Made by a program: the position numbers and the translations under genes. Of a stretch of DNA of 64,000 nt, positions 19,782-28,912 are shown one piece after another. The notes below the pieces were generated by a model that saw only the letters and a program-made list of their open reading frames with translations, had not been told where the DNA came from and made no database searches. The first letter of the stretch is position 1, and each line of letters starts with the position of its first letter. The stretch comes from Minisyncoccota bacterium. GTDB lineage: Bacteria; Patescibacteriota; Minisyncoccia; Phycocordibacterales; UBA918. The stretch lies in assembly GCA_041688155.1 (NCBI GenBank), contig JBDNIW010000003.1:95397-159396 (forward strand). The letters are read 5' to 3'.

Positions 19782-21188
19782 ATGAGTAATAAAGAATACA
19801 CAAACATCGTAGATATCGCCGGACCACTACTCGTCATTGACGGAGTGGAGGGGGCACAATACGAAGAACTCGTCGAAGTAAACGTACCAGGAGAAAAAGC
19901 TCCCCGGTATGGCAAGGTGCTCGATACCAGTAAAGGTACAGCCGTGGTACAGATGTTTGCTTCAACCGCTGGCATGACCGCAGCGGGTACCCGCGCCCGG
20001 TTCAAAGGCGAAACTCTCAAACTCGGTGTCAGTGAAGACATGCTGGGGCGAGTGTTCAACGGCTCAGGTGAGACCATCGACGGTGGTCCAGCCCTCGTGC
20101 CAGAGAAACGACTGCCAATTTCCGGTGACCCAATCAACCCCTACTCACGAGAATTCCCCAATGACTTTATCCAAACGGGTATTGGTTCAATCGACGTGAT
20201 GAACACGTTGGTGCGCGGACAAAAACTCCCGATTTTCTCTGGTGCTGGACTACCGCACGCTCGGCTCGCAGCCCAGATTGCTCGCCAAGCGTCGGTAAAA
20301 GACGGCGGGGAATTCGCCATCGTGTTCGCGACCCTCGGAGTGTCATTCGAGGAAGCAGAATACTTCCGTCGTGAATTTGAAGAAGCGGGAGCGCTCGGCC
20401 GATCAGTCCTATTTATGAACACTGCGGCTGACCCAGTGGTGGAGCGTATCTCTATCCCACGCATGGCGCTGACAACCGCTGAGTACCTGGCGTTTGAAAA
20501 AGGCAAGCACGTGTTAGTGATTATGACCGACCTCACTAACTACTGTGAAGCTTTGCGCGAAGTGTCGGCTGCCCGCAAAGAAGTCCCGGGACGACGCGGC
20601 TACCCAGGGTACCTCTACACCGACCTCTCCACCCTCTACGAGCGAGCGGGAGCCATCAAAGGTAAGAAGGGGACAATCACGCAGATTCCCATCCTTACTA
20701 TGCCAGATGATGACAAGACCCACCCCGTACCTGATCTCACCGGCTACATCACCGAAGGACAGTTTGTGATTTCGCGCGACCTTTCAAACCGGGGCATCTT
20801 TCCGCCGGTAGATGTACAAGGCTCACTTTCACGTCTCTGGTCAGCTGGAGTAGGCGAAGGCAAAACCCGTGGTGACCACAAAAACCTTAAAGACCAACTG
20901 TTTGCGTCGTATGCCACCGGCCGCGAAGTGCGCGACTTGGCAGTTGTGCTCGGTGAAGCCTCACTCGATGACACCGACCGCGCCCACCTACGCTTCGCCG
21001 AAGCGTTTGAAACCAAATTCGTCGGTCAAGGTGAGTACGAAAACCGCTCAGTAGAAGAGTCACTCGATATCGGTTGGGAGTTGCTCCGCCTACTACCACG
21101 AACGTCACTCAAGCGAGTCAAGGCGGCTGAAATCGAGCAGTACCTAGGCGTCGAAAGCAAAGCAGACGATAACAAACCAACAAAGTAA
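19782..21188 (+). CDS. atpB: V/A-type ATPase subunit B
   Basis: 468 aa regulatory B subunit. Confidence 0.9.
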   Translation: MSNKEYTNIVDIAGPLLVIDGVEGAQYEELVEVNVPGEKAPRYGKVLDTSKGTAVVQMFASTAGMTAAGTRARFKGETLKLGVSEDMLGRVFNGSGETIDGGPALVPEKRLPISGDPINPYSREFPNDFIQTGIGSIDVMNTLVRGQKLPIFSGAGLPHARLAAQIARQASVKDGGEFAIVFATLGVSFEEAEYFRREFEEAGALGRSVLFMNTAADPVVERISIPRMALTTAEYLAFEKGKHVLVIMTDLTNYCEALREVSAARKEVPGRRGYPGYLYTDLSTLYERAGAIKGKKGTITQIPILTMPDDDKTHPVPDLTGYITEGQFVISRDLSNRGIFPPVDVQGSLSRLWSAGVGEGKTRGDHKNLKDQLFASYATGREVRDLAVVLGEASLDDTDRAHLRFAEAFETKFVGQGEYENRSVEESLDIGWELLRLLPRTSLKRVKAAEIEQYLGVESKADDNKPTK

Positions 21189-21199
21189 AAAACCCCCAC

Positions 21200-21237
21200 C
21201 CACCTAACTTAAGTCATCGATGACTTAAGTTAGGTGG
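21200..21237. repeat. 38-bp perfect palindrome between atpB and atpD
   Basis: ccacctaacttaagtcatc|gatgacttaagttaggtgg, preceded by aaaaaaccccc. Confidence 0.8.
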
Positions 21238-21315
21238 CTCGAGGCAAATTCCTGGAACACCCAAGTCAAACGCTCACCTGTACAATAGAAGTCAACCAGT
21301 TAATTTTATCTACCC

Positions 21316-21951
21316 ATGATTCTAAAAGTAAGCCCCACCCGAGTATCGCTGCTCACGCTCAAAAAAGAGCTGAAACTAGCGCAAAAGGGTCACAAACTAC
21401 TCAAAGACAAGCGAGATGGTCTCGTGAAGAAATTCATGGCGGTTATTTATGAAGCCAAGGCGTTGCGCGAGTCCGTCGAGGTGCGGCTAGGTTCGGCGTT
21501 TGACTCGTACACGCGTGCGAGTGCGATGACTGCGTCCGCGGCGCTGGACACGGCCTTTATGGCCCCTAACGCTAAAATTGACCTAGACGTCAAAATCCAG
21601 AGCGTCATGTCAGTCAAAATCCCCGAATTCACTGTTACCAAAACCGGTTCAGCGTTCTCCTACGGCATGCTCGAAACCACCGGCGACCTCGACAACGCCA
21701 TCGTCAAGTTCGACGAAGTGTTTGTCGACATCCTCCGGTTAGCTGAGCTAGAGAAAACCGCCGAGATGCTGGCTGAAGAAATCGAGAAAACTCGCCGGCG
21801 GGTGTCAGCGCTTGAGAACGTCCGCATCCCCAACCTCCAAGACACGATTAAATTCATCACCATGCAGCTCGATGAGCGCAACCGAGACGCGGTGGTCTCG
21901 ACCATGCGGGTGAAAGCCATGATTCTAGCTAAAGAGGCCGAAACAGCCTAA
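21316..21951 (+). CDS. atpD: V/A-type ATPase subunit D
   Basis: 211 aa coiled-coil central stalk; last gene of the operon. Confidence 0.8.
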   Translation: MILKVSPTRVSLLTLKKELKLAQKGHKLLKDKRDGLVKKFMAVIYEAKALRESVEVRLGSAFDSYTRASAMTASAALDTAFMAPNAKIDLDVKIQSVMSVKIPEFTVTKTGSAFSYGMLETTGDLDNAIVKFDEVFVDILRLAELEKTAEMLAEEIEKTRRRVSALENVRIPNLQDTIKFITMQLDERNRDAVVSTMRVKAMILAKEAETA

Positions 21952-21988
21952 ACTGGCGAATCTACGACTGTTTCGCGTAGTGTGATCG

Positions 21989-22010
21989 TCACCGTACACT
22001 TGTATGGCTC
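21989..22010. repeat. 22-nt hairpin motif TCACCGTACACTTGTATGGCTC (copy 1)
   Basis: Near-identical 22-mer at 43831-43852; both lie ~35 nt after an operon-final stop codon. Mini-hairpin CCGTAC-actt-GTAYGG. Confidence 0.75.
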
Positions 22011-22086
22011 CTCACACACCACCCTCCAACAGTCGCACCTTCATCCAGTTTATACTGTTTCGGGGCGAGAAATACCGATTATAGGA

Positions 22087-22170
22087 CAGCCCAAGTGAAG
22101 TTAGAGACAGAACGTCTTGCAGCTTGTAGCGCAACTGCAATATTGCTCTAACTTCACTTGGGCTGTTTTT
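22087..22170 (+). terminator. long-stem hairpin (20-bp perfect stem, 39-nt branched loop) + T5; terminator or small RNA
   Basis: cagcccaagtgaagttagag ... ctctaacttcacttgggctg ttttt; inner sub-hairpin ttgcag..ctgcaa. Confidence 0.5.
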
Positions 22171-22240
22171 GTATATCCTCCTCCAGATAATACAGCAGAG
22201 TAGCTTGCAATATATAGACATTGTAATACAATGTAAGCAT

Positions 22241-22516
22241 ATGAAAACATCCCCGTATACTATTCGCCTAGCTGACGACGTTCGCGCTGCGCTCGAACTT
22301 GAAGCCAAACGTGAGGATCGTTCTGCGGCTCAGTTAGCTACCCAGGCGATTAAAACTATGTTGGCTCAGAAAACTGTGTATCACGCGGCGATTGACACTG
22401 CACTGGAGGAAACTACCAAAGGAAGATTCATCTCTCAGGCAGCCATGCATGAGTGGATCGATAGTTGGGGTGCCGATAGTGAACAAGCAGCACCGACAAT
22501 AGACATCATCCGCTAG
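22241..22516 (+). CDS. type II antitoxin, ParD/RHH (CopG-like)
   Basis: 91 aa from internal ATG; ribbon-helix-helix-like N-terminus (YTIRLADDVRAALE), partner of the downstream ParE-like toxin. Confidence 0.65.
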   Translation: MKTSPYTIRLADDVRAALELEAKREDRSAAQLATQAIKTMLAQKTVYHAAIDTALEETTKGRFISQAAMHEWIDSWGADSEQAAPTIDIIR

Positions 22517-22518
22517 TC

Positions 22519-22800
22519 ATGCAGTTGGTTTATCTACCAAGTACTGAGTCGGACTTACGGTGGTTGCGACAGTACTATGAACAAGTGTTCGTAGCAGGGT
22601 TACAGGCTGCCCGGCAGCATATCTACGCCACCGAGGCGGCGTTACTTGCTAACCCATACTTGGGCCGTCAGGGGAGCGATAACACTAACGTGCGATCGTT
22701 GCCGATCAGTCGGACGCCCTTTGTATTTGTCTACCGAGTAAACAATAATGAAATACAAATTCTGCGCGTCTGGGACACGCGACGTGATAGTGGAGACTGA
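22519..22800 (+). CDS. type II toxin, ParE/RelE family
   Basis: 93 aa; family-like C-terminus FVFVYRVNNNEIQILRVWDTRRD; 2-nt gap from the antitoxin. Confidence 0.7.
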   Translation: MQLVYLPSTESDLRWLRQYYEQVFVAGLQAARQHIYATEAALLANPYLGRQGSDNTNVRSLPISRTPFVFVYRVNNNEIQILRVWDTRRDSGD

Positions 22801-22815
22801 CCCCTGAACAACCAA

Positions 22816-22846
22816 AGCGCTGCCAATCGGCAGCGCTGGTCGGTAC
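22816..22846. terminator. bidirectional terminator hairpin between convergent genes
   Basis: aaagcgctgcc-aatc-ggcagcgct. Confidence 0.45.
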
Positions 22847-22861
22847 TCTTTGGTGTGGTGA

Positions 22862-23611
22862 TTAGTTTGCCAGCTGTACATCAGCTTCGGTTGATACTTC
22901 GGCTTCGACTGGGTTGGTAGTGGCTGGTTCAGTTTCATCTGTCGGGGCAGCTACTACTGGCTCTTCGGGTACTTCCGTCTCGGCTGGTTCTTCTGCAGTG
23001 CTGGTCGCCTCTGGTGTGGTTTCTTCTACCGGTACTTCTGCTGCCTGGTCTGCTGCTACCTGAGCTTCAGTTTGTTCGACTACAGTGTCGATCTGGGTAT
23101 CAAGCTCGATGTTAGCCTCGTAGTCCTGGACTGAGTCAGCAACGGTGGCTTCTAGGTCCTGTATGGTGTCGGCTACTACTAGGTTGAGGTGTTTGCTGCG
23201 GTTATATGACCCGCCGCGACGTGCTAGTTCAGCTTGCACGTTGGTCTCGTTCGCGCTTGATTCGACGTTGTTGAGCGTACCTTGGTGCGCTATCAGGATG
23301 TTTTTGAGAAGTTCGAGACCAGCTACCAGCTGTGCCCGCTGCGCCGCTGTCAGTTGTAGTTGTTCCGATGCGGTGGCGGCTTGGTTGATCGAGTTGAGTC
23401 GAGTGACGATGCGCACCTTGGCCTTTGTGGCCGCTTCAGTTGTTAGTGATCCAGCCAATACTTGTGCGTCAAGTGCAACTAGTTCCGCTGCTAGCTCGGT
23501 GATTTCGGTGTCGACTGTCGCCACGTAGTCAAACTCGTTTGATGCTGTCAGCACAAACCAGCCAGCAATCAACGCGGCCAAGACCAGGAGGGCGATAATT
23601 ATTTTATTCAT
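22862..23611 (-). CDS. membrane-anchored/secreted acidic low-complexity protein, hypothetical
   Basis: 249 aa; N-terminal TM/signal anchor, coiled-coil middle, E/T/P/A-rich acidic tail. Confidence 0.5.
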   Translation of the reverse strand: MNKIIIALLVLAALIAGWFVLTASNEFDYVATVDTEITELAAELVALDAQVLAGSLTTEAATKAKVRIVTRLNSINQAATASEQLQLTAAQRAQLVAGLELLKNILIAHQGTLNNVESSANETNVQAELARRGGSYNRSKHLNLVVADTIQDLEATVADSVQDYEANIELDTQIDTVVEQTEAQVAADQAAEVPVEETTPEATSTAEEPAETEVPEEPVVAAPTDETEPATTNPVEAEVSTEADVQLAN

Positions 23612-23746
23612 AATTATATATATGGGTTAACGGTGGGTGATTAAGTAAACCTCTGTTTCTACTATACCCTGGGTGAACTAGTGTCTGTCTGATTGGAGTG
23701 ACTATGTCTGCTGTCTATGACGCTGAGTGTAACCCAATCTTACGGA

Positions 23747-24622
23747 CTAACTGGAGAAATTTTTGGTAGATTTCAGTTGTTCTGATTGAGCGTTAAACTG
23801 AGCGACCGCTAGTCGCTCTGTTTTGACCAGCTGCTCAATCTGGTGCTGGTTCATCATCAGGGCGGCGGTGGCAAACGCGTCTGCGTCCGCGGTAGTAGCA
23901 GCCTTGATAAACGTCGCGTCAGCGGTGAGGTTGTCAGAGACGATGTGGGTGTGGGTGCCGGTGCTGTTCTCCCACACTCGTCGATGGGGGCTGGAGGCGG
24001 CAAACCCATTATTATAAAGCGTGGTGTTGGCAATCATGACGCCGGGTTTGGTTGGGTGTTCGAGGTGGATGGTAATTGGTTGATTATTTTTGTGGGTGGC
24101 ATACATGTCGCCACCGCCGTTAATCAAAAACTGCTCGATGCGGTGCGTATGCTGTAGTTGCCTAGCGAGCAGGTCGACGAGGTAGCCTTTGCCAAATCCC
24201 CCGAGGTCAAGGTTAGCGTCACCTGTCAACCTGATCTGATCAGGACTGATCTGTAAATCAATCACAGGGTTACCTGGTCCGACTGCCGGTCCACTGGCGG
24301 TAAAGGTGTAATCTGCGTCGTAGCCTTTGGATTCCAGTATATGCCCAGTCAAAAGGTTGAAGTGGGTATCTGAGCGCAGGTACAGCCGCTTGCCGTACTC
24401 AAGTAGCTGGACGAATTCTGGCGTGGGGTTGACTACCGTTCGGTCACGGTTAAGGGTCGACACCAGCGAATCTGGCTGGAAGCGGGAGTAGTTCTGCTCG
24501 TAGATCGACACGTACGAGGTAATAAAGTCTTTGACCTCGTCACTTCGCTGCGCTACTAGCTCGCCGAATATCTCTATCCACCACTGCGTCCCGAGTGCTT
24601 GGAAAGAATACTTCATCCGCAA
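23747..24622 (-). CDS. apbE: FAD:protein FMN transferase ApbE
   Basis: 291 aa; DLGGFGKGYLVD and INGGGD ApbE motifs; no obvious signal peptide. Confidence 0.8.
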   Translation of the reverse strand: MRMKYSFQALGTQWWIEIFGELVAQRSDEVKDFITSYVSIYEQNYSRFQPDSLVSTLNRDRTVVNPTPEFVQLLEYGKRLYLRSDTHFNLLTGHILESKGYDADYTFTASGPAVGPGNPVIDLQISPDQIRLTGDANLDLGGFGKGYLVDLLARQLQHTHRIEQFLINGGGDMYATHKNNQPITIHLEHPTKPGVMIANTTLYNNGFAASSPHRRVWENSTGTHTHIVSDNLTADATFIKAATTADADAFATAALMMNQHQIEQLVKTERLAVAQFNAQSEQLKSTKNFSS

Positions 24623-25207
24623 TTAGAGTTGGGCGCGAATCTCCGCGACCCCTTGGTTGAACGCGACTGATGTCAGTGACGCGCCACCCACCCGTGATAG
24701 TTCGACGTTGTTGATGTTTTGTCCGATAACTGCGGCTCCATACGCTCCATCAAACCCAGAGTGGGCCGGTGTGACAGCTGGTCCACCGTCATAGGTAATA
24801 TTTGCGTCAATGATAGTTGTGCCGTCTAGTTCCAGAGTAATCACCATGTCGTGCTTGGTCCGGCGGGGGGTGAAATATGACGCTTTAGCGACGAACTGTT
24901 GAGTGGTTGCGGCCGCCGCATCTGCAGTGGCTGCTGGCGCGCTATCAATCTCAGCTGCGGGTCCAGCCGCGGCTGCTCCACCGTTAATCTCAGCTGTGGG
25001 TTCAGTTGCCGCTGCTTCGTCAACCGGGTTCATGGTTGGAGGTGGTTCGGTTGGTGGGGTGAATCCTTCGGGGAAGTTATTGGCTTGCTCGACCGGCTCT
25101 CCAGGAATTTCTTCGACCATTGAAACGGGAACCTCGGCTGGTTGTCGGAACAGCAAGAGTGCGCCCGCAGCGACAATAATAATAACAAAAGCGATGATAT
25201 ACGGCAT
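24623..25207 (-). CDS. membrane-anchored FMN-binding-domain protein (NqrC/RnfG-like), likely ApbE substrate
   Basis: 194 aa; N-terminal TM, Pro/Ala/Glu linker, C-terminal FMN_bind-like domain with GGASLTS (compare NqrC SGATLTS); stop abuts the apbE start. Confidence 0.65.
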   Translation of the reverse strand: MPYIIAFVIIIVAAGALLLFRQPAEVPVSMVEEIPGEPVEQANNFPEGFTPPTEPPPTMNPVDEAAATEPTAEINGGAAAAGPAAEIDSAPAATADAAAATTQQFVAKASYFTPRRTKHDMVITLELDGTTIIDANITYDGGPAVTPAHSGFDGAYGAAVIGQNINNVELSRVGGASLTSVAFNQGVAEIRAQL

Positions 25208-25232
25208 ACAGAAAGATTTAAATTTAAAGTAG

Positions 25233-25248
25233 TTTATACTAGTATAAA
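25233..25248. promoter_or_regulatory. 16-bp perfect palindrome TTTATACTAGTATAAA abutting the start codon at 25251
   Basis: Lies in the 43-bp region between the divergent flavin-module genes. Confidence 0.5.
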
Positions 25249-25250
25249 GT

Positions 25251-26840
25251 ATGACGCGTTACATTTCCAGGTTTATTTCTAGCGTACTAGCAATTCCTAA
25301 CCGGCTGACCGACAAAATCGGGATGTATCGGTTGGTGTCTTTGTCATTGTGGGCGCTGGTGGTTTGCTCATTACTAGCTAGTGCATTTGGCCTACTGGTA
25401 TACAGCATCGGGGCTCAGTTGACGGCAGTGGTGCTTGCGGTTGCCACGGCACTCATCCTCAACGTCGTCTGTGCCAAACTCTGGCGCGTACACGCCAACC
25501 ACGAGTCATCGGTGATCACGGCACTCATCCTGTTTTTCATGATGGTGCCCTACGAAGGCATTGTGACCAACTGGGCATTGCTGTCGGCAGTCGCACTAGG
25601 GACTGTCTCGAAATACGTCATTACCTACCGCCAGCAGCACATATTCAACGCCGCGGCGCTGGGTGCCGTGCTACTGGTGGTCGGGATTGGTGGGTATAAC
25701 CTCTTGACCGGACACAGCTACAACACCGATATATTCCAGTGGTGGGTCGCGAACCCGATTTTGTTCTGGCCGGTAGTACTACTCGGGGTCCTAATTGTGG
25801 CTAAAGTGCGCCGCAGTGCGATGATTGGTGCGTTTATCGGTGTCGGCTTGCTAGTGTTCTTGATTGAGTCGGTCCGGTTTGGTCTGCCGTTGGTCGATTC
25901 TACTTTGGTCTATTTCATATCGTTCCCGACGCTATTTTTGGCATTTTTTATGCTGACCGAGCCGTTTACTATGCCGCCCAAACGAAGCCATCAGGTGTGG
26001 TACGGCGCATTGGTTGGGGCGCTTGCGAGCATGGCCATCTTGGCGCCAGTGTTTGCGATGACACCAGAACTAGCGTTAGTTCTAGGGAACGCGTTTAGCT
26101 ACGTGTTCCGCGTCAAGCGTAAACTATTCCTTAAACTCCAATCTAAACGCTTGATTGCGACCGACACTTGGGAGTTTACCTTTAGCAAACCAGCGGGGTT
26201 CAACTTTGAAGCTGGGCAATACGTCGAGTGGATGCTCCCACACGGGCAAACCGATATGCGTGGCACCCGCCGGTATTTCACCATCGCTTCAAGCCCAACC
26301 GAGTCGGTCGTCCGACTAGCACTCAAAGTGATGCCAGCGGGTCAGAAAGGCAGCACCTACAAATCCCGCTTACTGGATATGGATCACGGGGAAGTGGTGA
26401 TTGTCAGTCAACTAGCGGGGGATTTTGTCCTCCCTAAACACACCGACACCTCCCTTGGGTTCATCGCTGGCGGTATCGGTATAACGCCGTTTTCTAGCCA
26501 CCTCTCGTGGATGCAGGCGAGTGGTAAGCAGTACGACACGCACCTATACTACTGCGCCAACACCGTAGGCGAACTGGCGTACCACGATGAGTTTACCTCT
26601 ATGGGTACCACCATGCCGCTACTAACCATCCCTGTTATCTTCAAAGAAGAAGTGAATCCACCAAACGAACGAGGCTTTGTAACGAGCGAGATGCTAGCCA
26701 GACGAACGCCAGACTTTGCCGAGCGAACCTGGTACATCTCCGGCCCTCCAGGCATGGTCAACGCCTACGAAACGTTACTACAAGAATCAGGCGTCCCCCG
26801 CAAACAAATCAAAACCGATTTCTTCCCCGGTCTTGCGTAA
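25251..26840 (+). CDS. fusion protein: NqrB/RnfD-like polytopic membrane domain + FNR-like FAD/NAD(P)-binding reductase domain
   Basis: 529 aa; residues ~1-300 have ~8 TM and FFMLTEPFTMPP...QVWYGALVGA (compare NqrB FFMATDPVS...KWAYGILIGV); the C-terminus has RYFTIASSP (RxYS FAD motif) and GGIGITP (NAD motif). Confidence 0.7.
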   Translation: MTRYISRFISSVLAIPNRLTDKIGMYRLVSLSLWALVVCSLLASAFGLLVYSIGAQLTAVVLAVATALILNVVCAKLWRVHANHESSVITALILFFMMVPYEGIVTNWALLSAVALGTVSKYVITYRQQHIFNAAALGAVLLVVGIGGYNLLTGHSYNTDIFQWWVANPILFWPVVLLGVLIVAKVRRSAMIGAFIGVGLLVFLIESVRFGLPLVDSTLVYFISFPTLFLAFFMLTEPFTMPPKRSHQVWYGALVGALASMAILAPVFAMTPELALVLGNAFSYVFRVKRKLFLKLQSKRLIATDTWEFTFSKPAGFNFEAGQYVEWMLPHGQTDMRGTRRYFTIASSPTESVVRLALKVMPAGQKGSTYKSRLLDMDHGEVVIVSQLAGDFVLPKHTDTSLGFIAGGIGITPFSSHLSWMQASGKQYDTHLYYCANTVGELAYHDEFTSMGTTMPLLTIPVIFKEEVNPPNERGFVTSEMLARRTPDFAERTWYISGPPGMVNAYETLLQESGVPRKQIKTDFFPGLA

Positions 26841-26842
26841 CT

Positions 26843-26859
26843 TTGTACAAAATGTACAA
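26843..26859. promoter_or_regulatory. 17-bp palindrome TTGTACAAAATGTACAA upstream of phd/yefM-like gene, probable autoregulatory operator
   Basis: Perfect inverted 7-mers 10 nt upstream of the start codon. Confidence 0.4.
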
Positions 26860-26868
26860 TATAGAGAT

Positions 26869-27120
26869 ATGAAAACTCTTACTACAACAGTTGCTCGTAA
26901 AAACCTAGCTGAACTGATTGATACTATTAAATCAACCAATGAAATATTTGCTATTGGCAGGCGCAACAAACCCGAGGTGATTGTGATGAAATTTCCTGAA
27001 ACCTATAACCCAGCGTTCGATGAAATAACAAACCTCAATGCCATGTCTGGTAGTTTTGATTTCTTGGCAGACGAGCCTGATTTATATACGCTTGCTGATG
27101 CCAAAGAAGTCTATGTCTAA
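26869..27120 (+). CDS. type II antitoxin, Phd/YefM family
   Basis: 83 aa, MKTLTTTVARKNLAELIDTIKSTNEIFAIGRRNKPEVIVM. Confidence 0.7.
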   Translation: MKTLTTTVARKNLAELIDTIKSTNEIFAIGRRNKPEVIVMKFPETYNPAFDEITNLNAMSGSFDFLADEPDLYTLADAKEVYV

Positions 27121-27430
27121 GCTGTACGACATCATCCTTATACCGTTTCCATTGACTGATCTGGCTAGTCAAAAAATTCGACCTGCTTTACAGTTGTCGA
27201 GTATAACTGACAAAGATGTATTGCTGTGTGCTATTTCAACCAAGACTCACTCCAAGTTTGATATAAAAATTATGCCGACGTCAGAGAACGGTTTGAAGCA
27301 AATATCTTATGTCCGTACCAACAAAGTAGCTACTATAGACAGGAAGCTAGTGCTGGCTAAGTTAGGTGTACTTGAATCTGTTGCAGTAAAAAGTGTTAAA
27401 ACAAAACTGGCAAAGCTATTTGGTTTGTAA
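27113..27430 (+). CDS. type II toxin, MazF/PemK-like
   Basis: 105 aa, MSKLYDIILIPFPLTDLASQKIRPAL..., overlapping ATGTCTAA start/stop with the antitoxin. Confidence 0.6.
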   Translation: MSKLYDIILIPFPLTDLASQKIRPALQLSSITDKDVLLCAISTKTHSKFDIKIMPTSENGLKQISYVRTNKVATIDRKLVLAKLGVLESVAVKSVKTKLAKLFGL

Positions 27431-27435
27431 CTAGT

Positions 27436-28119
27436 TTACTGACTCCAAAGGATTTCTTTTTCGTCGTGATTTTTTAAATACTCATTAGCCTGTGAGAAAT
27501 GTTTGCACCCGAAAAATCCTCGGTGGGAGGACAGGGGAGATGGGTGTGGGGCGGTGAGGATGAGGTGTTTCTGCTCGTCGATTAGGCTACTCTTGGCCGC
27601 GGCGAATTTACCCCAGAGGATAAATACAACGTGGTCTTGTTCAACCGAGACTGTCTTAATGATTTGGTCGGTAAACTGCTCCCAGCCGCGACCTTGGTGG
27701 GCGCCTGCGTTGCCGGCCTCTACCGTCAGGGTAGCGTTGAGGAGCAGTACGCCTTGCTTGGCCCAGTGGGTGAGGTTGCCGCTAGTCGGGATTGGTTGGT
27801 CGAGGTCGTCCGCCAGCTCTTTGTAGATGTTTTGCAGTGAGGGCGGCACGTTGACCTTATTTGGTACCGAGAACGATAACCCCATGGCTTGTTTGGGTCC
27901 GTGGTAGGGGTCTTGGCCGAGGATGACCACTTTGACCGCGCTTGGTGGGCAGAGTTTAAGGGCGTTGAATACTAGCGGTGCTGAGGGATAGATTGGTGGC
28001 TCGTTGATCAAGTATGATGCGTTGATGTCTAGCGTGAGCGCATCCCAGTATGGCTTTGTAGTTTCGTCCGCCAAATAAGTTTTCCACGGGGTTGGCAAAT
28101 CGGGAATCATTACCGTCAT
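27436..28119 (-). CDS. ung: uracil-DNA glycosylase (family 1)
   Basis: GQDPYHGPKQAMGLSFSV and HPSPLS motifs. Confidence 0.9.
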   Translation of the reverse strand: MTVMIPDLPTPWKTYLADETTKPYWDALTLDINASYLINEPPIYPSAPLVFNALKLCPPSAVKVVILGQDPYHGPKQAMGLSFSVPNKVNVPPSLQNIYKELADDLDQPIPTSGNLTHWAKQGVLLLNATLTVEAGNAGAHQGRGWEQFTDQIIKTVSVEQDHVVFILWGKFAAAKSSLIDEQKHLILTAPHPSPLSSHRGFFGCKHFSQANEYLKNHDEKEILWSQ

Positions 28120-28140
28120 TATAGCGGTACACTTACATAT

Positions 28141-28362
28141 ATGCGAGAAGCTCGAATCCGAAGCATTGTCAAAGCCCTCACCTGGCGCGCGATCGCCACC
28201 AGTACCACCATGGCACTAGCCTACCTCGTGACCGGTGATCTCAAAGTAGCCGGTGCCATCGGCGCCGCCGACGTCGTGATCAAACTATTTTTCTACTACG
28301 TCCACGAACGAGCTTGGGGCCACGTCGGCTGGGGCAGGAACGTGCATTTTGGGAGGGAGTAA
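28141..28362 (+). CDS. DUF2061-like small membrane protein
   Basis: 73 aa, KALTWRAIATSTTMALAYLVTGD...YYVHERAW. Confidence 0.5.
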   Translation: MREARIRSIVKALTWRAIATSTTMALAYLVTGDLKVAGAIGAADVVIKLFFYYVHERAWGHVGWGRNVHFGRE

Positions 28363-28369
28363 ACATGTA

Positions 28370-28426
28370 TTCATTGACTTCATTGACTTCATTGGTTATT
28401 TGTGCTATATTTACTGACAGTAAATA
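28370..28426. promoter_or_regulatory. 3 x 9-bp tandem repeat (TTCATTGAC) plus 19-bp palindrome TATTTACTGACAGTAAATA upstream of the 28454 gene
   Basis: Directly readable; GGAGG RBS follows. Confidence 0.5.
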
Positions 28427-28453
28427 ACTCGCACATAATGCCTGGAGGCTAAA

Positions 28454-28912
28454 ATGTTTACCAAACCTGACCTGAACAACTTTCGTGCAGAAGTCACGAG
28501 CAATGTCACGGGGGAAAGTGTCAAAGCAGCTATCGCCAAAGATGCTGGGTTGATCAACCTGACATACCATCGGCAAGATGGTTCGTACCGCTTTTCTCTC
28601 GACCATTCGATAATGAAACAAGGTGCTGACTTTGTTCTGATGGTGACGAGTTACGTCGCCATGGAGACTGGTCCGTATGCCCCTGAGAATAATTCGTTAA
28701 GCAAGTGGGTCGTAAGCAAGAAAGGTGGTGAGGGTTCGTTCTTCTATAAGCGTCAGCTGATCCGCTGGTATATCGACGAATTCTCCCCAGGTCAGCTTTC
28801 GCTGTATGTGAAAATCGACCGGAGAAAATCGTGGATGCAACGCATAGGTTACGTTTTTACCTCCAAAAAACGACGGAAAATACATTCTGATTGGCGCAAG
28901 AATTTTGCGTAA
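28454..28912 (+). CDS. hypothetical protein
   Basis: 152-aa ORF with strong GGAGG RBS; no recognised motif. Confidence 0.5.
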   Translation: MFTKPDLNNFRAEVTSNVTGESVKAAIAKDAGLINLTYHRQDGSYRFSLDHSIMKQGADFVLMVTSYVAMETGPYAPENNSLSKWVVSKKGGEGSFFYKRQLIRWYIDEFSPGQLSLYVKIDRRKSWMQRIGYVFTSKKRRKIHSDWRKNFA

